NCBI GenBank assembly: GCA_011523055.1
Contig: WTHQ01000039.1
Location: 12,263-76,262, forward strand
Reading direction: 5' to 3'
Source of the DNA: Methanobacteriota archaeon
Lineage (GTDB): Archaea > Thermoplasmatota > Poseidoniia > Poseidoniales > Thalassarchaeaceae
DNA length: 64,000 nt
Of the stretch, positions 30,616-39,848 are shown piece by piece (position 1 is the stretch's first letter; every line of letters starts with the position of its first letter). Under the pieces are notes generated by a model. The model was not told the DNA's origin. It searched no databases and worked only from the letters and a program-made list of their open reading frames with translations. The position numbers were made by a program, and so were the translations under genes.

Positions 30616-31773
30616 TCACAAGAGCCACGATTTCAATCTCCTAATTCCTTCGATAATGTCCTCCTCAGATGCGGCATAAGATACTCGAATGAAGCCCTCC
30701 CCCCCTGTGATAAGAGAAGCCGGAATAAGTTGCACTCCAGCCTCCATTGCCCCCTCTGCAAACTCGACATCCGATAACCCTGTTTCAGTTACGTCAATGA
30801 ACAAGTAAAATGCTCCCTCAGGATTCACAATTCTCAAGCCAGGTATATCGCCGAGCCCTCGTAGCATCAAGTCTCTTCTATGCCTGTAAGCATCAGAAAA
30901 TCGCTCCACGTGATCATCACAATCGAGTGCAACCCTAGCTGCTTCCATCATAAATGTAGGAATGTGGGATGCCGAGTTCGCCTGGCATTTAACAGCCGCT
31001 CGGACTATAGGGTCCGGACCAGTGAGGAAACCTATCCTCATGCCAGTCATTGCCCATGTTTTTGACCATCCGCTTACAACAATAGTACGGCCCTCCCCTC
31101 CATCCACGGTTGCTGGCGAAACGTGTTCAGTGCCATTCCAGATGAGCCTAGAATAAATCTCATCAGAAATTATCCAAAGATCATGTTGAATTGCGATTGA
31201 GACAATTTCCTCGATCTCCTCACGGGTATAAACGGCGCCTGTCGGGTTGCACGGAGAGTTGACCATGATCACACGTGTACGATCCGTAATCGAGGATCGA
31301 AGGGCATCCATGTCTGGATGAAAATTCGTTCGATTAACTGGGACATTGACTGGAATGCCCCCAATAATGGAGATCATTGGTTCGTATGACGCCCAGGCAG
31401 GGGAGAGTAAGATTGCTTCGTCACCCGGATTGAGAGTTGACATATACGAATACAGGAGGGCTTGTTTGGCACCTGGTGTAATCAGGACATTCTCCGATTT
31501 GGCCTTTATTTTGCTAGTTTTCAAAAGATGATTAGCAACTGCTTCGCATAGTTTCGGCGACCCTTGGCCCCGTGTATATTTCGTCTTCCCTGCCATCAAC
31601 TCTGAAACCGCCGTGGAAATCACTGGTTCGGGAGTCGGGAACCCTGGTTCACCCACGGTCCATCTGATCACACCATCCGGAGGTGGTTGGAGGTAGGGGG
31701 CAAATCCGACTCCGAGGTTGTCAAATCTGTTTGCGACTGCCGGCATGTTTGCTTGCTTTGGCTTGGCGTCCAT
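30616..31773 (-). CDS. Class I/II PLP-dependent aminotransferase (aspartate aminotransferase-like)
   Basis: VGEPGFPTP, GAKQAL, NSPCNPTG, SDEIY, SKTWAMTGMRIG. Confidence 0.93.
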   Translation of the reverse strand: MDAKPKQANMPAVANRFDNLGVGFAPYLQPPPDGVIRWTVGEPGFPTPEPVISTAVSELMAGKTKYTRGQGSPKLCEAVANHLLKTSKIKAKSENVLITPGAKQALLYSYMSTLNPGDEAILLSPAWASYEPMISIIGGIPVNVPVNRTNFHPDMDALRSSITDRTRVIMVNSPCNPTGAVYTREEIEEIVSIAIQHDLWIISDEIYSRLIWNGTEHVSPATVDGGEGRTIVVSGWSKTWAMTGMRIGFLTGPDPIVRAAVKCQANSASHIPTFMMEAARVALDCDDHVERFSDAYRHRRDLMLRGLGDIPGLRIVNPEGAFYLFIDVTETGLSDVEFAEGAMEAGVQLIPASLITGGEGFIRVSYAASEEDIIEGIRRLKSWLL

Positions 31774-31847
31774 GAAGGTATTCTAGGATATTATCAAAAT
31801 CATGACTCGGGAAGCGTTGAAATCGAAATGTTGGGTGGGAGGTACAA

Positions 31848-31921
31848 GCACGAGTGGCAGAGTAGCTATGCAACGGACTGCAGATCCGTGTACCCGGGTG
31901 CAAATCCCGGCTCGTGCTCCA
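31848..31921 (+). tRNA. tRNA-Cys (GCA), intron-less, CCA encoded
   Basis: Acceptor GCACGAG/CTCGTGC, anticodon arm ACGGA-CTGCAGA-TCCGT, T arm CCGGG-TGCAAAT-CCCGG, U73 then CCA. Confidence 0.95.
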
Positions 31922-31965
31922 CAATGACCCCAAGGTTTGCATTTAGAGCTGCACTATTATTGGGA

Positions 31966-32385
31966 TCATATTCTAGCATAGGTTGCCTGAGCCACTGCCA
32001 CCTTCCTACCTTGTTCATCCAGAAGATCTGCCTCGGCTACACACAGTCGATTACCGATTTTTATGACCCTGGCCTTACAGGTCGCATCTGTCAGGCAGGG
32101 CCTCAGAAATCTGATGTTGAAATCCGTGGTGGCCACCTGCTCATCCGCTCCGATGAGAGTTAGAATTGCCCAGCATGTAACGGAATCTGCGATTGTTCCC
32201 AATATTCCGCCGTGCATCGTTTTGTAGATGCCATCCCACTTTTCTTCCCTTGGGACGATCGCGTCACACTCTCCATGATCCAGCCTCAAGATCTCGAGTC
32301 GAAGTGTGTCCATCATCGGAACACTATTCACCCTCGACATCATGTTTTTGATTTCTAAATCTTTCATTGTACTTGTTTCTACCAA
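31966..32385 (-). CDS. PaaI family thioesterase
   Basis: MHGGILGTIADS, TTDFNIRFLRP, hotdog-fold pattern. Confidence 0.9.
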   Translation of the reverse strand: MVETSTMKDLEIKNMMSRVNSVPMMDTLRLEILRLDHGECDAIVPREEKWDGIYKTMHGGILGTIADSVTCWAILTLIGADEQVATTDFNIRFLRPCLTDATCKARVIKIGNRLCVAEADLLDEQGRKVAVAQATYARI

Positions 32386-32387
32386 AA

Positions 32388-32846
32388 TTAGGCCTCCTCG
32401 ATTGTCTGTTGGTCAGGATTCCATTGAACTCTGTAATGCAGTCCAACTTCCTCAATCTCAAACAGATCTGATTGAATTGTGAAGCCTGACCTTTGGTACA
32501 TTGAGATTGCCTTTATCCTTGCATTACACCATATGCCTGTATTCATCTCAGATGCAAAGTCTTGGAGTATTTTTACCAGATCGCTTCCAATTCCCTTCCC
32601 TCTGAAATCTGAGTCTACTGCCATGCCCCTAATCCTTAGTTTGGCTGATCCTTTTTGATCGAACTGAAGGGTCGAACAACCAACGAGCCTGTCACCGGAG
32701 AATGCTCCAAGGAACTTGGTCCGGGGATCATCATCCACGCCAGGGTAATTTGCGGTTTCCCGTGGCCGTCCAACTCTTAGGACCCTATGTCGTAGGTCCA
32801 AATGTTCAGAATCCATTTTGTCCAGCCATCTGAAATCTACCATCAT
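32388..32846 (-). CDS. GNAT N-acetyltransferase
   Basis: LRHRVLR, IRGMAVDSDFRGKGIG, WCNAR, YQRSGF. Confidence 0.9.
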   Translation of the reverse strand: MMVDFRWLDKMDSEHLDLRHRVLRVGRPRETANYPGVDDDPRTKFLGAFSGDRLVGCSTLQFDQKGSAKLRIRGMAVDSDFRGKGIGSDLVKILQDFASEMNTGIWCNARIKAISMYQRSGFTIQSDLFEIEEVGLHYRVQWNPDQQTIEEA

Positions 32847-32852
32847 GTCGGT

Positions 32853-33131
32853 TCACTCCGATTCATCGGTTTCAGACATCCGGATTATGGCCGATGTTAG
32901 GGCTATGGGTGCTCTATTTTCCCCCACCGTGTTCAGGATCAGCCAACCTATGTTGAGCAGTATTGTGGCAATAGTCAATCCGCACGCGGCTCCAATCACA
33001 ATATTACCCGCTGCATAAGCCTGCCCACCCGCTAAACTGGCGATTATAACCAACAAGAACCATGCTCGAGATGCCTCACTTGGCGTCCTGCGACCCTTAT
33101 GATCATGCAGTGGTGCCAACAGGTCTCGCAT
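32853..33131 (-). CDS. Small 2-TM hypothetical protein
   Basis: 92-aa ORF with two hydrophobic stretches, tiled upstream of GNAT gene. Confidence 0.6.
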   Translation of the reverse strand: MRDLLAPLHDHKGRRTPSEASRAWFLLVIIASLAGGQAYAAGNIVIGAACGLTIATILLNIGWLILNTVGENRAPIALTSAIIRMSETDESE

Positions 33132-33217
33132 AACTGCGGTTCCGAACAGTGACCTATGAATGTCCGTTAAGGCTCTTTGACCCGTATTCTCATCTAGTGA
33201 GACTACTACCGGACCCT

Positions 33218-33622
33218 ATGGGCCTAACTGTGCCAGCATGGGCTGCTCCCATTAGCATTGGCTCAATCATAACCATCGATGTTCTATTCATCGGTTGGGC
33301 TCCATCTGGTCCTTGGGAGGACCGTTCCTTTTCACTGGGTATTCTGGGTATTTTTGGCCTATTTTTGATCTATCTAGGATGGTTTAGATGGAAGTTCGGA
33401 GACACTGGGTTCGTACCCTGGATAAGCCTATGGAGCGATGTTCCCCGTAGTGGGAGGTTGTTGTTGATGTCTGGTCTGATGACCATCTTGATAACCTGGT
33501 CTGTCATTGCTGATTCGGCTTTTCCACCTGCAGGTGGGCTCATTCTGAATCTGATTGGGTCTTTGCTCATGCTTCAAGGTGCATATGCTATTTTGACTAC
33601 AAGTTGGCTCAGTGAGGCTTGA
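33218..33622 (+). CDS. 4-TM hypothetical membrane protein
   Basis: Four hydrophobic segments; start taken at MGLTVP. Confidence 0.65.
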   Translation: MGLTVPAWAAPISIGSIITIDVLFIGWAPSGPWEDRSFSLGILGIFGLFLIYLGWFRWKFGDTGFVPWISLWSDVPRSGRLLLMSGLMTILITWSVIADSAFPPAGGLILNLIGSLLMLQGAYAILTTSWLSEA

Positions 33623-34153
33623 CTAACGGATACCAGGCTTCCAAAATTGCAATGGTTCTGGGTTCCTACCCTCCATGGCCCTGTACGCCAAATGATCAGC
33701 TCTCTCGTTCCAGCGGTGTCCCCTGTGTGCTCTTACGTGTTCTACACTTACGTCCCTGTTCAACTGGCATTCCAACCAAAGCGACCTGATACGTCGTACT
33801 AGCTCTTTGTTTGCCTTTGGTTTCCAATTTCCGTTTGCAAGATTAGAGGCATATAGCGAGTCTGATCTGATTGTGAGTGGGTCATCCCCCCCTTCTATGA
33901 GGGCCCATCTGAGAGCATGTCCTATTGCGGTCAATTCGGCTGTGTTATTCGATCCCACAGTTGCTCCAAGATAATCTGCCGATTCGGGGTTTGTCATGAC
34001 TCGCCCACTTATCTCTTGCACTACTTCACCTTGGCCCCGGCCAGTTCCAGAGTCTCCTCTGACTATGCAGACGCCCCATCCAGCAATTGTCTCACTTCCG
34101 ACATTACGGTTATCTCCACATGAGCCATCCACGTACAGATGAAGAGGGGGCAT
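33623..34153 (-). CDS. rnhA: Ribonuclease HI (type 1)
   Basis: YVDGS, SNNTAEL, SDSLY, HVRAHRG, NERADHLA. Confidence 0.92.
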   Translation of the reverse strand: MPPLHLYVDGSCGDNRNVGSETIAGWGVCIVRGDSGTGRGQGEVVQEISGRVMTNPESADYLGATVGSNNTAELTAIGHALRWALIEGGDDPLTIRSDSLYASNLANGNWKPKANKELVRRIRSLWLECQLNRDVSVEHVRAHRGHRWNERADHLAYRAMEGRNPEPLQFWKPGIR

Positions 34154-34156
34154 TAG

Positions 34157-34537
34157 TCACTCACCGAGCAAGGATCTGTATCCCTGATGGGTCAATAATT
34201 CTGAGAGATCCTCGGTATCCAACTTAATTTTGCATATCCATCCTTCACCGTAGGGGTCGCTGTTTACAGTCTCCGGCGCGGCTTCAAGGTCTTCATTGAC
34301 CTCTACAATCTCCCCCGACAAAGGAGCGTATATCTCAGAAACGGACTTCACTGATTCCACACTTGCAAATGGCTCCATTGACTCTACTTTGTCACCAATC
34401 ATTGGCAGTTCAACCCATACCACGTCTGTCAGGGCATCTTGAGCATAATCTGTAATCCCGATTGTGGCTATGCCGTTTTCGATGCTGACCCACTCGTGTT
34501 CAGCAGTATAACTGAGGTCCTCTGGTATGGATGACAT
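34157..34537 (-). CDS. gcvH: Glycine cleavage system H protein
   Basis: YTAEHEW, GITDYAQ, VESVKSVSE (lipoyl Lys), NSDPYGEGW. Confidence 0.96.
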   Translation of the reverse strand: MSSIPEDLSYTAEHEWVSIENGIATIGITDYAQDALTDVVWVELPMIGDKVESMEPFASVESVKSVSEIYAPLSGEIVEVNEDLEAAPETVNSDPYGEGWICKIKLDTEDLSELLTHQGYRSLLGE

Positions 34538-34580
34538 GATTACCATGCGGGAGTAGACGGAGGGTGAAGGTTTCGCTTTT

Positions 34581-34955
34581 TCATTTCGTTTCGTCTTCGA
34601 TGATTCCAACTTCCAATTTCGCCCAAGCATCGGATATTCGTTCCACATCATTCGATTCCAGTCTCTCTTGTTCGAGCTTGCTCCACAGCTCATCCTCGGT
34701 GAGATTATCGAAAATCTCCGATATCTTGTCTGAAAAGGGGGCTTTTGGCGACCTGGTCAGTATCCACCAAGAATAGAATGAGAGGGCGCATAAGGATCCC
34801 AGCAAAACAAGCTCTGTTGACGCATAGCCACAGCCGAGTCGGTTACATTCAGTAATCTGTACCCAATCACCACGAATGCCAAGAGCAAGCACAATCAACA
34901 AGGCGATAGTAAACCCGATGAGGACCCTTGAGGCACGTTGCGCAGGACTCGTCAT
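34581..34955 (-). CDS. 2-TM hypothetical protein with acidic C-terminus
   Basis: Two TM segments flanking CNRLGC loop. Confidence 0.6.
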   Translation of the reverse strand: MTSPAQRASRVLIGFTIALLIVLALGIRGDWVQITECNRLGCGYASTELVLLGSLCALSFYSWWILTRSPKAPFSDKISEIFDNLTEDELWSKLEQERLESNDVERISDAWAKLEVGIIEDETK

Positions 34956-34993
34956 GTAGAGTTCGAGGTGGAGGAGGTTCTCAATTGATGAGG

Positions 34994-35578
34994 TCAATAT
35001 GTCTCCCTTACCAGCTTGTGGACCTTGTATGGCAGCAATGCACGATTGACTGGTGTGACTTCAAGTATCCTTGCATCGTCTCTTCTCCTTATGTCTTGTA
35101 GCAGTGGGTGCCTGGATTTCTTGTGGAGCGTCAAAACTGTCGGCATGTCGAACTCAAGTGCTGCGCGCACTGACTTGACAAATGCCTCTGATTCCACTGA
35201 GAATTTTCCTATTTCGTCGATCACCAGCATCTCGCAAGTCTCAATGGTGCGTTCGATTGCTGGAACGGCTACTCTATCCAGTCCAGTGGGGTCGATTCCC
35301 AAGCCCAAAATCGTGGTTCTGGAGTCTATGTCCCTGTGTGCAATGACAGCGCGATCTCCTGTGATGATGTCGACGCACTCGAAGCCGATCCTTGCCCCGT
35401 CCTCAAGTATCGGTTCGGTCCTCATTCCTCCAATAATCGGCATACCCTGAGAACGATCATTACGCGATTTTCTCTCATTTTTCCGCTCATTAGTTATCAT
35501 ATCTACGACTTTTTCCATGACCGCGGATTTTCCTGATTTCGGCAAACCTGTAATGCCAATTTTTGGATGAATGCCCAT
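34994..35578 (-). CDS. THEP1-family nucleoside triphosphatase
   Basis: GITGLPKSGKS, GGMRTE, RIGF, VIDEIGKF. Confidence 0.9.
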   Translation of the reverse strand: MGIHPKIGITGLPKSGKSAVMEKVVDMITNERKNERKSRNDRSQGMPIIGGMRTEPILEDGARIGFECVDIITGDRAVIAHRDIDSRTTILGLGIDPTGLDRVAVPAIERTIETCEMLVIDEIGKFSVESEAFVKSVRAALEFDMPTVLTLHKKSRHPLLQDIRRRDDARILEVTPVNRALLPYKVHKLVRETY

Positions 35579-35716
35579 CTTCTTTACTCCTCGTGCCTAT
35601 GCCAAACTATGCGTTATAGGTGCCACTGGAGGAAGTTATAGATCATAACATCTTCCATCAAATCAAATATCTATTTTCCTTATCCTAGACATTTGGTTCC
35701 GGTTTCAGTATTGGGT

Positions 35717-36319
35717 TTAATCCATAGCTAAACAAAATTGTCCATACTTAAACTCAATTATTTTGGCCCTCTGAACAAGGTGTGCGATCGCCTCGTCTAC
35801 CTCTTCTTCCTGAAGTCCAGAAGGAATCAATTCGCTAAGGATAGCTTCCCAAGTAATGAATTCTGAACCCTCTGCATCTGCCATCTCTGCCATCTCTAGT
35901 ATTCTTGCAGAAATCATCGCAAGCATCGGATCATCATCTGATAGGCGGACGTCATTGCCTCCTACGAATTCAACTGGCGGCATAGGGTTGCTTTCCACCA
36001 CAACATTTTCTTCATCATAAACATCGAAAAGATTCCTCTGGGATGGGTCCTGTCTGTGCAATGCATTGGCCTCGTTCAATCTATCCATGTATCTGGCTAT
36101 GTCATCGATTCTGGATAGTCTCTGTTCCAATCTCAGCTTCTCTCTTCCCAAATGAGACGCAGTCAGCTCGAGTTCTTCTGTGGCGCATTTGTCCAACCAT
36201 TGCATTAGGCTCCAATTTGGATTCATTTTCATCATGGCGTCGCACAATGTTGTAACTGAGTCTGGTAACCCTGTTACATCCATTGGATTCTCCCTACCTG
36301 TTGATTCATCACCACTCAT
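35717..36319 (-). CDS. Hypothetical protein with coiled coil and C-terminal winged-helix-like domain
   Basis: C-terminal ITWEAIL...GLQEEEVDEAIAHLVQRAKIIEFKYGQF; internal QRNLFDVY. Confidence 0.7.
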   Translation of the reverse strand: MSGDESTGRENPMDVTGLPDSVTTLCDAMMKMNPNWSLMQWLDKCATEELELTASHLGREKLRLEQRLSRIDDIARYMDRLNEANALHRQDPSQRNLFDVYDEENVVVESNPMPPVEFVGGNDVRLSDDDPMLAMISARILEMAEMADAEGSEFITWEAILSELIPSGLQEEEVDEAIAHLVQRAKIIEFKYGQFCLAMD

Positions 36320-36418
36320 GGCTGATGATTTTCGTATGGACGTCTATGAACAATGCGCCTCACGAGGTTAAAGTCAATTGGGGTTTGCTTGATGTAGGAT
36401 TCCATTCTGCGAAGTACG

Positions 36419-37615
36419 ATGGCCGCATATCGCATTATCGCTCTTCCTGGAGATGGGACTGGCCGAGAAGTGATGAATGAGGCCCTGAAAGTACTGGGGG
36501 TCTTCCAAGAAAATGGTCCCATTGACTTCGAAATCAAGGTTATTCCATGTGGTGGACAACACTACCTAGAAACCGGCGAACAATGGCCGGAAGGTTCTTT
36601 CGAGATCTGCAGGGATGAAAGTGACGCGATTCTCCTTGGTGCGATTGGATGGCCAGAGGCCAGGCTGCCAAACGGTGATGTGGCAGGTGGCGAGGTGATT
36701 CTCGGCTTGAGGTCTGGACTTGACCTGTACGCCAATGTAAGGCCTGTGAAACTCTACAAAGGTGTTAATCACAAGGTCCATGGTGTGCACAAGGAGATTT
36801 GGGACTCCTCGTTGGTTGACTTGGTTATGGTGAGAGAGAATACTGAAGGCCTGTACCATTCTCTTCTCAGGAGAATGGCCCAATCCGCAGTCGGGAAGAA
36901 GGACGAGAAGTTGGTTATCGAGAAATTTCCTGGCTTGGAGGGGGAGTTCCGATGGGATCCGCGGCCGATTTCAAGGAACGGAAGCGAGCGTATTCACAAG
37001 TTCTGTTTTGAGCTGGCTGAACGAAGATCGATTAAATTGGGAGTGCCGCAAAGTGTGACTTGCGTGGACAAATCCAATGTCCTCAGAGGCTGTCAACTGT
37101 TCCGTTCCATTTTCCGTGAAGTCGCAGAATCATACCCGGGAATAGAGGCCAAGGAGGCTTACATTGACGCTTTCACTATGTGGCTGGTGAGGGATCCGGA
37201 GGATCTTGACGTAGTGGTTCTCCCTAATATGTTCGGAGACATAGCTACTGACCTTGCCTCGGTACTGCAAGGGGGGATGGGCATGGCTGCATCTGCGAAC
37301 CTCGGAGACCACCACATGATGTTCGAGCCCGTGCATGGTTCGTCGCCCAAGCACGCCGGGAAAAACAGGGTAAATCCAATCGCAATGCTGTCTTCGCTTC
37401 AACTGATGTTGGAAAATCTCGCAATCCGGCATAATGACTCTGTTCTGGAAGAATTTGGCAACGTCCTTCAAGAGTCAATCTCCCAACATCTTTCCTCGAA
37501 CGGGCCGAAGACCTACGACATTGGCGGTCAGGGTACCACCTCAGAAGTCGGGGATGCAATTGCGTCGAGGGTTGCACATCTATTGACCGCGGACGAGAAA
37601 GGCTCTCAACGTTGA
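36419..37615 (+). CDS. Isocitrate/isopropylmalate dehydrogenase family protein
   Basis: LPGDGTGREV, DLYANVRP, VRENTEG, DKSNV, NMFGDI, FEPVHGSSP. Confidence 0.92.
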   Translation: MAAYRIIALPGDGTGREVMNEALKVLGVFQENGPIDFEIKVIPCGGQHYLETGEQWPEGSFEICRDESDAILLGAIGWPEARLPNGDVAGGEVILGLRSGLDLYANVRPVKLYKGVNHKVHGVHKEIWDSSLVDLVMVRENTEGLYHSLLRRMAQSAVGKKDEKLVIEKFPGLEGEFRWDPRPISRNGSERIHKFCFELAERRSIKLGVPQSVTCVDKSNVLRGCQLFRSIFREVAESYPGIEAKEAYIDAFTMWLVRDPEDLDVVVLPNMFGDIATDLASVLQGGMGMAASANLGDHHMMFEPVHGSSPKHAGKNRVNPIAMLSSLQLMLENLAIRHNDSVLEEFGNVLQESISQHLSSNGPKTYDIGGQGTTSEVGDAIASRVAHLLTADEKGSQR

Positions 37616-38400
37616 AGTTGCTTTACTGCTGTTGCTATCTCACTTAGAGCATCCTCTAGAATTGTTCGGTTGTTCCAATCTGATAGGTCATGTGATGGAC
37701 CATGCAGTGCCATCCTAACCATTTGTCGGATTGCTCGACTGACTTCATCAACGATTGTGACAGAGGCCCTCATCGAAGTCCTTGAGAGTGGATTTAGGTC
37801 TATGACGAGGACTTGTTTGCCCATAGCGACCAGTGCCTCGCATCTATCTCCGTCCTCCAATGGCACCATGACAACGTCTGCTTGAAAAATCCCCAATGAG
37901 GAGCATGAAGCTCTTGGTCCGTGAAGACCGGGTATCTCTGCATCGGGATTCTCGCCGTAGATCCTTACCGATTCCACCATTTCCCTCCATGTCTTGATTG
38001 CTATTTTGGGGGAAGGTGGGGTTTCAATGACCTTGTTCCTCTTCTTTTGGATGTCAGCCAGCAATAAGCGCATTCTATCGTCCGTTCTGTAAAATATGTT
38101 GACCTCGATGTTACTCTTGGTCAATGCTGCGAGGCAAATGGCCTCCTCACCAGCGAGTACTGTGGAGTTTCCATTGAGAGAGATGACTGGTGATTTGGCA
38201 TGAAAAAGGCGGTTCAATGCCTCTCGTTGAGCTGCCTTTGCGGAATCCGTTGTCCTTTCGCCAATGAGGTAGTCGAATGCCTCTCCCCTTCCATGGGCGA
38301 TTAGAGCTGAATCGGCCAGTAGCCCTGCTGCTTGCGCGTCCACTATTCTCTGTCTGGACAGCAAAGAGTCTCTTCTTGGATGGTCGTCTGGAATTGTCAC
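37606..38400 (-). CDS. pps: Phosphopantothenate synthetase (4-phosphopantoate--beta-alanine ligase)
   Basis: IPDDHPR, IAHGRGEAFDYLIGE, EVNIFYRT, VPLEDGDR, DLNPLSRT. Confidence 0.93.
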   Translation of the reverse strand: MTIPDDHPRRDSLLSRQRIVDAQAAGLLADSALIAHGRGEAFDYLIGERTTDSAKAAQREALNRLFHAKSPVISLNGNSTVLAGEEAICLAALTKSNIEVNIFYRTDDRMRLLLADIQKKRNKVIETPPSPKIAIKTWREMVESVRIYGENPDAEIPGLHGPRASCSSLGIFQADVVMVPLEDGDRCEALVAMGKQVLVIDLNPLSRTSMRASVTIVDEVSRAIRQMVRMALHGPSHDLSDWNNRTILEDALSEIATAVKQLQR

Positions 38401-39302
38401 TGTAGGGCCTCCACAAGCATTGTCATGTCTACAATGTCAGGCTGCATGGTGATGGATCCTGATGAAACCAAGTCTGCGCCTGAGAGTGCCCAGTGCTCCA
38501 GGTTTTCCTGTCTAACTCTGCCCGAGCCCTCCAGAATGAAGAGTTTCCTAACTCCCATCTCTATGAGTTTATCCGAGAATTTTCGACATACAGAGGGCCC
38601 TAGATTATCCAACATCAGAGTGATTCGTCCATCTCCAGATGAGTCTCTCTGCAAGTCGATCCACGCGTTGGCTACTTGGAGTGCGTGATCCATCGAAACC
38701 ACTTCAACTACCGGAAAATCAGTTGATTCACCACAAATCAAAAGGATTTCTCTCAATGTTAATTTTGACGATGAAAAATCATTTTCCTTTATCATCAGCC
38801 CATCAGATCGATCTAGACGATGTGTTAGTCCGCCGCCAACATGTACCGCCCACTTGTCAAGGACACCCCAATTTGTTTTCCTTGTTGCTGCGAGAGAGAC
38901 ATTGCCCAATTCCTCGCACCACCTTGACGTCGTAGATGCTATTCCACTCATTCTAGTGATTAGATTCATACAAATTCTTTCGATTTGTAAAATCTCTATT
39001 GAGTTGGCGTCTATTGTCACTATTTCCTGACCTTGATCAAATCTATGGCCTTCTGAAAAGAACCATTGCATTGTCCAATTTTTGCAGTGTTTTTGTATTA
39101 GGTACTCTAGGACAGGCCTCCCTGAAAGGATTCCACTTTCTTTGGCAATTATCCTAGATCGGGATCGACCGTGTGAAATCATATCCGAGGATGTTTGGTC
39201 ATCAAGGTACATAGCCGTGGCCCAATTATTGATCGAGCTGGCGAACCTTTCGGTGGGGCCCTGGTTCCACAACAAGTGAGATCTGTCATGGGGCAGGTCC
39301 AT
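38397..39302 (-). CDS. nadC: Nicotinate-nucleotide pyrophosphorylase (quinolinate PRTase)
   Basis: ER..N...MSGIAS, ATRKT, KWAVHVGGG..HR, MIKEN, MLDN. Confidence 0.9.
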   Translation of the reverse strand: MDLPHDRSHLLWNQGPTERFASSINNWATAMYLDDQTSSDMISHGRSRSRIIAKESGILSGRPVLEYLIQKHCKNWTMQWFFSEGHRFDQGQEIVTIDANSIEILQIERICMNLITRMSGIASTTSRWCEELGNVSLAATRKTNWGVLDKWAVHVGGGLTHRLDRSDGLMIKENDFSSSKLTLREILLICGESTDFPVVEVVSMDHALQVANAWIDLQRDSSGDGRITLMLDNLGPSVCRKFSDKLIEMGVRKLFILEGSGRVRQENLEHWALSGADLVSSGSITMQPDIVDMTMLVEALQ

Positions 39303-39362
39303 GCATTAGCCTCTGCAGAGCCGGATATAACCGTCGCTGATGTATCATCTGAATTTACATTT

Positions 39363-39452
39363 TCACGCTACCAAAGGCGTGACAGCCATGACGGCGATAG
39401 CAAATGACGCATATGTCCCAATCAGGAATGCTAGTATCGTTCCAATATTCAT
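39363..39452 (-). CDS. Candidate 29-aa single-TM peptide (below ORF-track cutoff)
   Basis: MNIGTILAFLIGTYASFAIAVMAVTPLVA*; TTCATAT 30 nt upstream of ATG; fills gap between pcc1 and nadC. Confidence 0.5.
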   Translation of the reverse strand: MNIGTILAFLIGTYASFAIAVMAVTPLVA

Positions 39453-39528
39453 AACATGGTCCATCAACGTGTGTAATATGAAGGAGTGTATTTCGAATTC
39501 CTTCCAAAAACATCCCCACTCGCGGCCA

Positions 39529-39765
39529 TTACTGGAGTATGTCTAGCGCCATGGAAGCCGCACCAAGGCAAGCGAGGATGTCATCTGCAGTTTCCTTGGC
39601 TGAAGAGAGTGATCTTGAATTGATCGTGATGGATGCGAGAAATTCGGTTCCTTGGGTGATGTATTCGATAGTGAAAGATTCAGTATCATCTGGCATGATG
39701 GATTCAATAGTCCTTGTAATCTGATCTTGGTCCCCCTTCAATTGAATCACTATAGTTGATTCCAT
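39529..39765 (-). CDS. pcc1: KEOPS complex subunit Pcc1-like protein
   Basis: 78 aa; beta-alpha(ESIMPD)-beta-beta(ITINSRSL)-long C-terminal helix layout. Confidence 0.6.
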   Translation of the reverse strand: MESTIVIQLKGDQDQITRTIESIMPDDTESFTIEYITQGTEFLASITINSRSLSSAKETADDILACLGAASMALDILQ

Positions 39766-39848
39766 GTCCTCACGATGATGTTTTCATTCTTTGACTCATC
39801 GGACATCTAGACCGATGGCCACATCAACCCCATTGCCCTCGGAGTGTT

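Noticed and set aside
31896-31910. TGC instead of TTC in the tRNA T-loop as a pseudogene sign
   Set aside because: All stems are intact and this variant occurs in functional tRNAs
31848-33622. tRNA-Cys as integration site of an island
   Set aside because: No integrase, no duplicated tRNA 3' end seen, and flanking genes look native
35620-35660. GTTAT-AGATC-ATAAC palindrome upstream of the NTPase gene
   Set aside because: Short and AT-rich, with no linked regulator; too weak to support alone
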